Of a stretch of 64,000 nt of DNA, positions 42,468 to 56,058 are shown in pieces. The stretch covers positions 39,866,001 to 39,930,000 of the forward strand of contig OZ024756.1 of assembly GCA_964016885.1 (NCBI GenBank), in the 5' to 3' direction. A program made the translations under genes and the position numbers. Position 1 is the first letter of the stretch, and every line of letters begins with the position of its first letter. This DNA comes from Eledone cirrhosa. Taxonomy: Eukaryota. Below the pieces are notes generated by a model. The model did not search any database. It was not told where the DNA came from and was given only the letters and a program-made list of their open reading frames with translations.

Positions 42468-43017
42468 TCATGTTATATAATTATGTAAGTAAAAAAAAAA
42501 GAAGCGACCCAAACAAATTTGCAGGAGTTTTAACGAAAAAAAACTATTTAACCTACTAAGAAATGTTTTGATGATCCAAAACGGAGAAAGCAGGCTTTGA
42601 TAATTTTTGTACAAGTTATAAAGATCATTTATATATATATATACCAGGTGCCCTTTTTTTTCGATCATTTTCCTTATATATATATATATATATAATATAA
42701 TAAGTTGTAATAAAATGAAAACGAAATTTCATTTCTCACTCTTAGTACGGCACTTACTTAAATGTAAGTATGTATGTATACGTACATACATATATGTATA
42801 CAGACGTACAGTAGCATGCATATATATATATATATATATATACATACATATATGTACGTATCAGTTTAGCGGAGGTTTATTATAACGTATACATACATAC
42901 TTACATATAATATAATAGATCTACATATATTATATATATATATATATATATATAATATATGTAGATTTAATACTTCACTGCTCGCAACCGTTGTTTAAGC
43001 TTCATATCATGTCTCCC

Positions 43018-43081
43018 TATTTTATCTGATGAGAACGCAAATATCATCCCATGATGTTTTTGAAATGCGCATAATAAAATA
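43018..43081 (+). ncRNA. Type I hammerhead-like motif
   Basis: Stem I tattttat/ataaaata, CTGATGA, stem II aaatatcat/atgatgttt with a damaged base, GAAA, palindromic stem III ATGCGCAT, UA cleavage site. Confidence 0.65.
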
Positions 43082-43199
43082 CATGGAACTCTTTTAACCA
43101 TCTTTTGATCTTATATTATTTATACTCCAGTCCTATAAATTGTTCAGTGCTACTTATCCGATATTTGCATTGTTTTATTGTGCTACACTAAAACTCACC

Positions 43200-43240
<41 letters not shown>

Positions 43241-43383
43241 TGTATATATATATATATATAATGTGTATATATATATATATATAATGTATATATATATATA
43301 TATATATAATGTGTGTATATATATATATATATAATGTGTATATATATATATATATATAATGTGTGTATATATATATATATATA

Positions 43384-43414
<31 letters not shown>

Positions 43415-44377
43415 ATGTGTATATATATATATATATATATAATGTGTATATATATATATATATAATGTGTATATATATATATATATATAATGTGTATATA
43501 TATATATATATATAATGTGTATATATATATATATATATAATGTGTATATATATATATATATATAATGTGTATATATATATATATATATAATGTGTATATA
43601 TATATATATATAATGTGTGTATATATATATATATATATAATGTGTGTATATATATATATATATATAATGTGTGTATATATATATATATATAATGTGTATA
43701 TATATATATATATATAATGTGTATATATATATATATATATAATGTGTATATATATATATATATATAATGTGTATATATATATATATATATAATGTGTATA
43801 TATATATATATATATAATGTGTATATATATATATATATATAATGTGTATATATATATATATATATAATGTGTATATATATATATATATATAATGTGTATA
43901 TATATATATATATATAATGTGTATATATATATATATATATAATGTGTATATATATATATATATAATGTGTATATATATATATATATATAATGTGTATATA
44001 TATATATATATAATGTGTATATATATATATATATAATGTGTATATATATATATATATAATGTGTATATATATATATATATAATGTGTATATATATATATA
44101 TATAATGTGTGTATATATATATATATATATAATGTGTGTATATATATATATATATATATAATGTGTGTATATATATATATAATGTGTGTATATATATATA
44201 TATATATATAATGTGTGTATATATATATATATAATGTGTGTATATATATATATATATATATAATGTGTGTATATATATATATAATGTGTGTATATATATA
44301 TATATAATGTGTGTATATATATATATATATATATAATGTGTGTATATATATATATAATGTGTATATATATATATATA

Positions 44378-44474
<97 letters not shown>

Positions 44475-44657
44475 ATGTATATATATATATAATGTATATG
44501 TATATATATATATAATGTATATATATATATAATGTATATATATATATAATGTATATATATATATAATGTATATATATATATATATATAATGTATATATAT
44601 ATATATATATAATGTATATATATATATATATATAATGTATATATATATATATATATA

Positions 44658-44722
<65 letters not shown>

Positions 44723-44739
44723 GTATATATATATATATA

Positions 44740-44819
<80 letters not shown>

Positions 44820-44838
44820 ATATATATATGTATATATA
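43200..44838. repeat. ~1.6-kb compound satellite aatgtg(ta)n
   Basis: Directly visible. Confidence 0.95.
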
Positions 44839-45729
44839 AATAAAATTATAAGTTTGAAGAACAGAGATAAAATATACCCAGTTTTTTTCCTTCTTAGTCC
44901 GTAGAAATCAACTAGATAAATAATCATTTAAACGGAGCTAAGTTTAAAATGTAACTTTGAAGAAATAACAGATAAATGTCACAGACTTCCCTCTGTGAAG
45001 AGCAGTCATATAAAATTTACCTAATCTTTCCTCTTAGTCCGTAGAAATTAACTAGACAAATAATTAATTAAACGGAGCTAAGTCTAAAATGTAAGTTTGA
45101 AGGAAAAAATGAAGATAAACTTTACCAAAATTCCTCTAGTCCCGACTATCGATAGTTTTACTCGTACTTTGTGGATATTTCTAATCCATGAAGCTTCCAG
45201 CTTTTCAAGAGACTCACCCAGTTAGGACTAAAGTTTCTAAAGTGATTATATATATATATATATATATATACATACATACATACATGTGTGTGTGTGTGTG
45301 TGTGTAGCGTGTGTGTAGCAAGTTGCATGCTGAACAAAAGCACCAGTCTTCCTCATCAGCCACCGTTGAAACAAAGAGGCAGTAATGGCACGTCCTGTTT
45401 GGAAGTAATATTCTTTTAAAAACAATAAGTAATAAATTATATTAGTATGAATCAAGAGCATGTAACTGTCCTGTTGTGATATAAGGTTTCATTGAATCGT
45501 TTTTACCTCTTTTAGTCTGTGTGTATGGGATATATATATATATATGGAGGGCGAAAAAACACAGTCTAATGTTTATATTTTCTCCGATGTTCTCCGTATG
45601 TGAGAATTGCTTTTCCCTTTCTTCACATCCGGTTTACAATTTCCGCCGCGAAACGAATTAAACGTATGTTTATATAAATGTGTGTGTGTGTGTGTATGTG
45701 TATATATAGATATAGATAGATAGAGAGAG

Positions 45730-45780
<51 letters not shown>

Positions 45781-45864
45781 CAAATATATTGTAATTCGTT
45801 GCACCTCTATGACCTGATCAGTGTCACAGGCACCGTTTGTCAAACAGGGAGAAAGTGTGTGTGC

Positions 45865-45917
<53 letters not shown>

Positions 45918-46904
45918 CGAGTGTGTGCGTGCGAGAGAGGTGATAATAAAAAGGTGACCCGATTGTCAGGTAGTTAATATATAATTCTATTGATATTAAA
46001 CAACGTATAAGTCGCTAGCATAGCAACCAATGTAATTGTGTTTTGAATTACTAAACAAAATACAATTGTTTCTGTGGGGAAACACACAGAACCCAGATGA
46101 ATCCACTTGCTAAAACATAAACTGAAGAATTATTATATAAGATTGACTAGTGATGGTGATAGGTTGGTGGTGATGGTGATGATGATAGTAGTGGTATTGT
46201 GGTGGCGGTGGTGATGATGATAGCAATAGTATCGTGCTGATGGTCAAGGTGGTGGTTGTAGTGGTGGTGCTGGTGGTGATAACAGTAGTCATCGTGTGCT
46301 GGTAGTGGTGTAGTGTGTTGGTTGTGGTGCTGGTGGTAGTAATAGTGATTGTAGTGTGTTGGTTGTGGTGCTGGTGGTAGTAATAGTGGTGTAGTGTGTT
46401 GGTTGTGGTGCTGGTGGTAGTGATAGTGATTGTAGTGTGTTGGTTGTGGTGCTGGTGGTAGTAATAGTGATTGTAGTGTGTTGGTTGTGGTGCTGGTGGT
46501 AGTAATAGTGATTGTAGTGTGTTGGTTGTGGTGCTGGTGGTAGTAATAGTGATGGTTGTGGTAGTAGTGGTGGTGGCAGTGGTGTGGTGGTGGTGGAAAG
46601 GGAGTGGTAATATCCACGATACAATAACTACTACTTAAGTTATCTAGATGTAGAAATAGACAATAAAGTAGAGAGATGGTGAAGAGGATTATATATAGTT
46701 TAGAGATAGTAAAGTTGATATACACACATAGTAGGTAGGTTATGTATGTGTTGTGTAAGTGTGTGTGTGTGTCTGGCGTCCTTGAGCAAGACTCTTCATT
46801 TCACTATAGGACTTGGAGGTCGAAGTCATTAAACCACACAGGAAACCTGTGAGAACCAACCTATTACGAGACGGCTAAGCCTGCAGTTTCCAGCCTTTTC
46901 TCAC

Positions 46905-47312
46905 ATATAAACACACACAAACATAAACACACACAAACATAAACACACACAAACAAACACACACAAACATAAACACACACAAACATAAACACACACAAAC
47001 AAACACACACAAACATAAACACACACAAACAAACACACACAAACATAAACACACACAAACATAAACGCACACAAACATACACACACAAACATAAACACAC
47101 ACAAACATAAACACACACAAACATAAACACACACAAACATAAACACACACAAACAAACACACACAAACATAAACACACACAAACATAAACACACACAAAC
47201 ATAAACGCACACAAACATACACACACACAAACATACACACACAAACATAAACACACACAAACATACACACACACAAACATACACACACAAACATAAACAC
47301 ACACACAAACAA
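46905..47312. repeat. (acacacaaacataa)n-type minisatellite
   Basis: Directly visible. Confidence 0.9.
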
Positions 47313-47743
47313 AGAAAAAACCTAATTCTATATCAATTTGGGATTCCGTCTTCTCAAGACTATAAACAGGATATTTATTCATACAATTGCCAAACCTTCC
47401 TGCCCCTCCATGTCTTTCTTTACCTCTCACCACACACTATATTTCTCACTCACTCACCCTCTCTATCTCTCTCACCCCCTCTCCATCTATCTCACATACA
47501 CACATTTGGGGAAATGTAGGTGAATGGTTGCTAATATATTTGTGAATGGACAGAGCCACCGGAAGCCGGGTATTATATAAGAGAAACAATCGGTATATCT
47601 AGGGTGAAGAAGTTAGCCAAGTAGATATATGTTAATAGAGATTACAGGAGAGCGGGAGAGAGAGAGATGAAGGGGTGTAGGCAGAGAGAGAGATGAAGGG
47701 GTAAGAGTAAATTTGATGATGAGAAATAGAATGGAATTGTAAG

Positions 47744-47782
<39 letters not shown>

Positions 47783-47952
47783 ATATATATTATATATATA
47801 TTATATATATATAGTAAATGTTTGGTAGAAATATCCAAGAGTAAGAGCACTCAGTCAATAGGACGAGAAAAAAAAAAAACTTTTTTTTTTATGACAGACT
47901 AAATGGGGTCCAGAACCCAACGAAACTTAAGTACCTGTTTATGTCACTGTTT

Positions 47953-48019
<67 letters not shown>

Positions 48020-48021
<2 letters not shown>

Positions 48022-48153
48022 AAGAGTTAAACAAAATTCAATGAGTATATCAAAGAATGAGTTTTACAGTAGATTGTAAATCTATTGTACATCCGAAATA
48101 TGTATAATAAAATGTAATTGATCAAAAGAGCATCTATTTTATTAATATTTATA

Positions 48154-48160
<7 letters not shown>
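48020..48160. mobile_element. Internally deleted, inverted copy of the hammerhead element at 59885-60293
   Basis: 48021-48075 resembles 59887-59940; 48085-48160 resembles 60210-60286; (TA)n on both sides. Confidence 0.75.
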
Positions 48161-48217
<57 letters not shown>

Positions 48218-49544
48218 ATATATATACTGGTTACGTGATCTAAGCATCATGTAACCAAGAACGCCATTGAAATATATATCACAACTTTGTGAAATAAAGG
48301 AATTTCGAACATGTATATCGGACCTTCGCGGGAGGAGGAGAGAGGGAAGGGAAAGAAAGTAAGAATGAGAGTGATGGTGGGGCATTAAATGGTGGGTGAC
48401 CAAGTTTTGTCGTGCAGAAATAAGTAAATATAGACTTCACTATACTCATATATATATATATGTAGTGAGAGAGATTATTATATATATTATACAAAAGAAG
48501 CCGGGTGGATGTTATAATACAAATGACATATTATACTACACAACAGTAAGACACACATTATATATATATTATATATAGCAGTGAAGGAGGCGTGAAGTCG
48601 GAAGTTCCAGCCAGATCGCTCTCACTCTTACGTCACGCCATTTTGCCCATCAGATAGGATTGTCTCTATTCACACACATACACAATGGTTTGTTAAGAAT
48701 AGAACTGAATAGACATTCAATTAATTCGCCAGTACCTTTCCTTAGTACTATACTACACACCCCAACACATTATATATATAAATATACACATACATTATAT
48801 ATATGCTTGATATGACCAACTAAATCAAGGGGTGCCCCAGTCAGGCCACTGTTTGCTGAATGAAAAAGTAGTAAAAGATCGGAGGTAACTTTATAGAACA
48901 CCCCCACGCGATTTCAGTGGGGAAAACATTTTTATCAATTGATCTAACCTCCAAGCTTCTGGTAATCGAATCTTTTTCTCGGAGAACAGAGGGAGGAGGG
49001 ATGTGTCTCTCACCCCAATATCCCCTTACCATCGGAGTTTTCCCTACGATATGTTACGTCTCGGAATAAGACAGCAAATAACGATAGGTAGAGTGAATTT
49101 ATATAAAATTTAACTAGATGAATATATATATATCAGTTCGATTCTTGGACCGGGTGATGCGTTATGTCCTTGAGCAAGTCACTTTATTTCACGTTGCTCC
49201 TTCTACCTGGAGTTGCGACCGATAGCAGTATTAGCAATTGGAAAGACCAACGGAAACATTGTTTCCTCGGTCTGATTTGACGAAAGTCGATCGACAAAAT
49301 ATATATATATATATATATTTTTTTTTTTCGGACCGGGTGATGTGTTGTTTCCTTGAGCAAGACACTTTATTTCACGTTGCTCCAGTTTACTCAGCTGTAG
49401 AAATGAGATGATAGGGACTGGGGTCCATATCATTAAATTACCCAAGACACCCCCAACGAGATATACCTTGGAGGAGGCCAGTGTGAGCTGTAACAACAAC
49501 AACATATATATATACCTCTATAACATTTAATTAGATGAATATTT

Positions 49545-49718
49545 GCACTTATATATACCTATGTGTATTGCACTTATATATACCTATGTGTATTGCACTT
49601 ATATATACCTATGTGTAGTGCACTTATATATACCTATGTGTAGTGCACTTATATATACCTATGTGTAGTGCACTTATATATACCTATGTGTAGTGCACTT
49701 ATATATACCTATGTGTGT
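49545..49718. repeat. 25-bp minisatellite (gcacttatatatacctatgtgtagt), ~7 copies
   Basis: Directly visible. Confidence 0.9.
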
Positions 49719-49991
49719 AGAATAAAACTATAAAATGTGAATGAATACGTGCACTTGTGTGTGTAGGTGGCTATATAAACAGAAGGATGGTCATGAATGG
49801 ATATGAACGAACAGAGGATCGTTGTTAGTAACAGTCAAATCTGGAGGTGCAGATTGGTGTACATACTAGCTAATGTTTTATAGTTTATATATGTTAACAA
49901 TGGCTGAGCTATTGAGGTGTTTGTCGTGGGCTTCAGACCTTTTCAGAAGAACAGGAAGAACTCAATATAATACACTGTCTATAGGACATTA

Positions 49992-50317
49992 TTGGCAGTA
50001 TCGGTAGAGGGTCGGACGCCATGCTTTGCAGCAAAGAGTTACAGCCCTTTACGGTCTGAGTTCAAATCCTGTCGAGATTAACTTTGCCTTTCATCCTTGC
50101 GGAGTCGATAAAATAAAGTACCAGTAATTTGCTGGCCTTGTGCCAACAGTAGAAACAATTATTATTATTGGCATGGATTGGCAGTAATCGGTAGTGTCGG
50201 ACACCACGCTTTGCGGCATCGAGTTACGACCTTTTACGTTCTGAGTTCAAATCCCGCCGAGGTTAGCTTTGCCTTTCATCCTTACGAGGCCTTGGGCCAA
50301 AAGTAGAAACAATTATT
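49992..50317 (+). mobile_element. Two tandem SINE family A copies
   Basis: Head-core-tail twice. Confidence 0.8.
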
Positions 50318-50949
50318 GATTCAACAGACCTCTTATACAATAGGTACCTAATTAAATAAGACATCACAAAACAACATATACTCTACAAGATGAATACCAA
50401 TAGAATTACACAACTGACATTACACATAACACACACCACTGAACAGACTAAAATAACACAAGGAACAACAAACTAGACCCATAAAAAAACTGAACAAAAA
50501 GAAGACTGGTGCAGTACACTAAGATAATAAGAACATGATTCTGTACACACCTGAGGAAGATTGAGGTAGGCCAGGTAATTCAGTAGAAACTTACGAGAAA
50601 CTATTTAAAAATAACGATAATTGGCACAAGTCCAGCAATTACCCCCAGTGTATTACTGGTACTTTATTTTATCGACCCCTTAAGGATGAAAGACAAAATG
50701 ATGATTATAACAATTACAGTAAACTCAGTATAATCAGTTGAAGGTGGATTTAATCTGAAAGGGAATTCATGGCAGATTGAATAAGTCTACTGAAAAAAGT
50801 GGTACCAATTGTACTCATGACATCCTCGTTGCATCTATGACACCCTCGTTTGGAATAAATTTATGCATTCTGAAAGATATATGATATAACATAGAGGTGG
50901 GCCACGGGCAAAATTATAAATGTCGTTGGTTGTGATGTTCGACTGCTTG

Positions 50950-51600
50950 TGGTTGTTGGGTTGATTGTGGTTGTTTGTTGTTATGCAATGTGTTGTGTTG
51001 GGTTGATTGTGGTTGTTTGTTGTTATGCAATGTGTTGTGTTGGGTTGATTGTGGTTGTTTGTTGTTATGCAATGTGTTGTGTTGGGTTGATTGTGGTTGT
51101 TTGTTGTTATGCAATGTGTTGTGTTGGGTTGATTGTGGTTGTTTGTTGTTATGCAATGTGTTGTGTTGGGTTGATTGTGGTTGTTTGTTGTTATGCAATG
51201 TGTTGTGTTGGGTCGATTGTGGTTGTTTGTTGTTATGCAATGTGTTGTGTTGGGTCGATTGTGGTTGTTTGTTGTTATGCAATGTGTTGTGTTGGGTTGA
51301 TTGTGGTTGTTTGTTGTTATGCAATGTGTTGTGTTGGGTTGATTGTGGTTGTTTGTTGTTATGCAATGTGTTGTGTTGGGTTGATTGTGGTTGTTTGTTG
51401 TTATGCAATGTGTTGTGTTGGGTCGATTGTGGTTGTTTGTTGTTATGCAATGTGTTGTGTTGGGTTGATTGTGGTTGTTTGTTGTTATGCAATGTGTTGT
51501 GTTGGGTTGATTGTGGTTGTTTGTTGTTATGCAATGTGTTGTGTTGGGTTGATTGTGGTTGTTATGCAATGTGTTGTGTTGGATTGATTGTGGTTGTTAT
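50950..51600. repeat. Homogeneous 42-bp minisatellite, ~15 copies
   Basis: Unit gttgggttgattgtggttgtttgttgttatgcaatgtgttgt. Confidence 0.95.
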
Positions 51601-51915
51601 TCTAGTGTTGTGTTGATATTTTTATTGCTATAATGTTGCTGCTGTTGTTTAACCCCGAGCTGACAATGAGTGTAGAACTGGTGTTACACACACACACACA
51701 CACTGGTTGTCGTTGTTTGGCACCGTTCCTATAGATACACTACTACTGCCGTCACCAATGTCCTCATTACAATGTTTCGTGTCCTACATGGAAAGACATA
51801 TTAGATAATGTAGTCCTAGGTGACCTTAAAGAACAAGGACCTATTCACAGTTGGAATGTCAGCTTCATGAAAGCTGATGAACCTTTCAGGAAGCCCCCTC
51901 CTCGCTAGAAATAAC

Positions 51916-52176
51916 GGAGCTGTGATCTCTCAATTCAGAGATCCTTTCTCGAGACATTCTAACCACATGTCCATAGTATCGGAGCTGTGAACCCTCAATT
52001 AAGAGATCCTTTCTCGAGACATTCTAACCACATGTCCATAGTATCGGAGCTGTGAACCCTCAATTGAGAGATTCTTTCTCGAGACATTCTAACCACATGT
52101 CCGTAGTATCTGAGCTGTGAACCCTCAATTGAGAGATTCTTTCTCGAGACATTCTAACCACATGTCCGTAGTATCG
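51916..52176 (-). repeat. 65-bp tandem repeat derived from RTE coding sequence
   Basis: Unit matches 3340-3395 (gagacattctaac..gtccatagtat.ggagctgtga); about 4 copies. Confidence 0.8.
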
Positions 52177-52784
52177 TCCTCTACGTATACATACCAACTA
52201 ACATACCCTTCACGTAATAAACTCCAGACCCCGACAAATCTAAAATATGACAAATATACACACCCACAGTAGCTGTCTTTTATATAACAACAACAACAAC
52301 ATTAACATATTGAGGGGTGTTCGTGTATAGCAGAAGAAGAGGGTGAAAATGGTAAAAACGGAAGTGTATGATGAGAAAGGGAAGAGGTATGAGACTGGAA
52401 ATATATCGGCTGATAATGAAATGTATCTCTCTCTCTCTCTCTCTCTCACAAGTTGAGAACCTGCTGGGTGAAACACGCGTCCTCAAGTATCGTTTGCTAA
52501 TTTGTTGTGGAACTAACTCTATACCGAACTCGTCCTCTGGACTGAGTGCTCTACTTACTACGGATATAACCTATAGGTGGTGTCTAGCTCTGCTAGAAAT
52601 ATAAGTAAAATCTGCCTGAAATGTTGGGGAAAGTCATTGAATATCAGACAGACGGCTAGAGAGCTAGGCTGACAGAGAGATAGATAGAGAGGTAGACAGG
52701 CAGGCAGGCAGAGAGACAAACAGACAGCTAGATAGAAAGATAGACAGATAGAGAGGTAGGCCGGTAGATAGACAGACAAATAAC

Positions 52785-55110
52785 CATACACAAAGCCTAT
52801 AGGTGGTGTCTCACCCTGCTAGAAATATAAGTAAAATCTGCCTGAAATGTTGTGATAAGGCATTGAATACAGTAGACCTACATAAACCTTGGAACAACAG
52901 AATAGTCACGGTTAGAAAACTTGTGTAGTCAGTGTTGATCTGGGGGGGGGGGGGGGGCTAAACAACAGACAGAATGGCAGACACATGTGTATATATATAT
53001 ATATTATATACAGGGTGTCCCACAAAAAATGTATACATACTTTGATTAGAATGTTGTCGAACTTGTCCTCTGGACTAAATACGCTACTTACTACGGATTA
53101 TAACCTCCCAATAAAATAAAGTACCAGTAATACACTGGAATCGATTTAATTGACTTTTCCCCTCCCCTCAAAATGTTGGCCTTGTGCTTAAATCAAAAAC
53201 CAATATTTATAATAATTATTTCTACTTTTTGGCACAAGGCCAGCAATTATCCCAGTGTATTACTGGTACTTTGTTTTATGGACCCCGTAATAATGTAGGA
53301 AATGCTGTTGATGAAATAACTACCCGGGCATGACCGAGCCCTACCTTTTCGTGGTGGTCGCCATCGAGACGTCCTGTATCCTCCTCCGCCATATCATTGC
53401 CGTAGAGAACTGTATATCCCGCCCGAAGAAGAAGCCCCTGTGAAGTGGAGTGGTTGGTGCAGCGGGTGTCGCTGGCTGTTCTTTGTGGCAATATCCTCGC
53501 CATATTGGCTACGGGGTGCAGCTGAGAGATATATATATTCACTAGACTGGGGTGTAGAGTCTCTACTTTCTCCCTGTCGCCCTTCTTCCTCCATACTTTT
53601 TTCTTATTTATATTTTTTTTCTCTCTTCCTGTTTATGACATCCGCACCACCATCACTATCATCACCACCACCACCACCACCACCACTATCATCACCACCA
53701 CCACCACCACCACTATCATCACCACCACCACCACCACCACTATCATCACCACTACCACCACCACTACCACCACCATCACCACCACCACCCTCACTATCAT
53801 CATCACCACCACCACCACCACTATCATCACCACCACCATCACTATCATCATCACTACCACCACCACCATCACTACCACCACCACTATCATCACCACCACC
53901 ACCACCACCACCTGACACTCGTTCTGTTGTGAAATATTCATGTAAATAATTTCTACCATATTTTGGATAAATGGGAAATGTTGATAGTTCCACTACCACC
54001 ACCACCACCATCAACAACATACACCATCACTCACCACTGTCATCACCATCACCACAACACTACTGTCACCACAACTCCAGATTCAAACTACCCAACACCA
54101 TTACTATTTCCACCACGACCACCACTAACGAGAGAACCTATATGTGGTTATTAGACTTTCTGGAAATGGCTGCTAAAGCTCCTTTAAATCACAACCCTAC
54201 ATCTGGAGGGAGAAAACATGAGATTATGTCTGAAATACCACTAAACAGACGAGAAGATCACCATTGATAGACAAATAGACAGACAGACAGACAGCTAGAT
54301 AGAGAGGTAGGCTGACAGACAGCTAGATAGATAGAGAGGTAGGCTGACAGACAGCTAGATAGATAGATAGAGAGGTAGGCTGACAGACAGACAGATAGAG
54401 AGGTAGGCTGACAGACAGACAGACAGATAGAGAAGTAGGCTGACAGACAGACAGACAGATAGAGAGGTAGGCTGACAGACAGACAGATAGAGAGGTAGGC
54501 TGACAGACAGCTAGATAGAGAGGTCGGCTGACAGACAGCTACATAGAGAGGTAGGCTGACAGACAGCTACATAGAGAGGTAGGCTGACAGACAGAGAGGT
54601 AGAGAGGTAGGCTGACAGACAGAGAGGTAGAGAGGTAGGCTGACAGACAGAGAGGTAGATAGAGAGGTAGGCTGACAGATAGAGAGGTAGATAGAGAGGT
54701 AGGCTGACAGACAGCTAGATAGAGAGGTAGGCTGGTATACAGACAGCTAGGCTGGTAGATAGAGAGGTAGGCTGGTATACAGACAGCTAGGCTGGTAGAT
54801 AGAGAGGTAGGCTGGTATACAGACAGATACATAGATAAATAACCGTACACAAAGCCTATAGGTGGTGTCTCACCCTGCTAGAAATATAAGTAAAATCTGC
54901 TTGAAATGTTGAGGTAAGACATTGAATACAGTAGACCTACATAAACCTTGGAACAACAGAATAGTCACGGTTAGAAAACTTGTGTAGTCAGTGTTGATCT
55001 GGGGCGGGGGCTAAACAACAGACAGAATGGCAGGCACATGTGTATATATATATATTATATACAGGGTGTCCCGCAAAAATGTATATATACTTTGATTAGA
55101 ATGTTGTTGA
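52785..55110. repeat. Local direct duplication of ~270 bp (52785-53058 vs 54840-55110)
   Basis: Shared 'caaagcctataggtggtgtctcaccctgctagaaatataag...ctaaacaacagacagaatggc...cagggtgtccc'. Confidence 0.85.
54280..54830. repeat. (agagaggtaggctgacagac..)n minisatellite
   Basis: Directly visible. Confidence 0.9.
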
Positions 55111-55135
55111 AGTGTGTATACATATTTTGTGACAC

Positions 55136-55243
<108 letters not shown>

Positions 55244-55614
55244 GTAGTATAAGTTTGGTAGAAATATCCAAAGGTAAGAACACTCAGTACATAGGATGAC
55301 CTAAGTATATGTCACCGTCGTAGTTATATATAAATACATAATGGGAGAAAGCTAATAGCAATACTCCGGCCAAATTCCAACTCACTCAACAAACATTAGG
55401 AAATAGCTGAGTATATTCCTAATTAAACGTTCGGGGTGCTAACTAATTGTATTGTGTGGAAAATTGGCTGTATTATTTCATGAGATATATCAAATATATA
55501 TATTACATACATACGTATATTGGCATGATATTTGAACAGAACTGATTACATACATACATACATACACACGTGTGTGTGTAAAGGAAAATCGAGGACTTTT
55601 AGAGATTTAACACA

Positions 55615-55704
55615 TCTTATCTACACACGTTTCGGTTATAACAAGCAACCCATAAACAATAATTTCTATTAATGAATTACTTTCAACGCCTCATCAGGAA
55701 TAAT
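55615..55704 (-). ncRNA. Hammerhead-like motif with 57-nt stem II
   Basis: Minus strand: CTGATGA GG..AAGTAATTCAT/ATGGGTTGCTT..CC GAAA CGTGTG TA; weak stem I. Confidence 0.5.
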
Positions 55705-56058
55705 CCCTCGGGACGGAGAATAAAAATCAAAGTAAAAAACAGAGGTAATAATATCCACTAATTAACAGACGGTGTAAGGTTTTCCTTTAAATATATGTTA
55801 ATGATCTGTGATACCTCCTTAACTTTACCTGGGATTTATTTGAGCTACATGATTAATAAACATGAGCTTCCTAGCATCACGTTCAGTCAAAACTAAGGGG
55901 GTATCTCCATTTATAAATCTGTGTATATGTGTTTATATATATGCATACACACACATATATATATATATATAAAAGTAAAAGAGTAATATGTGTGTGTGTG
56001 CGTGCGTGTGTAGAACAATTAAAAAACACAGAAGTCAGGTGTAGGTAGGTAGTTAGTT

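Noticed and set aside
43188-44927. 579-aa ORF
   Set aside because: aatgtg(ta)n satellite artefact.
45330-45365. Minus-strand CTGATGA at ~45353-45359
   Set aside because: No stem II/GAAA partner, so not a hammerhead.
50545-50605. CTGAGGA...GAAA motif
   Set aside because: Stems I and III unsupported.
50835-51616. Cys-rich or His/Asn-rich repeat proteins; CRISPR-like array
   Set aside because: Head-to-tail minisatellite without spacers, in a eukaryotic context.
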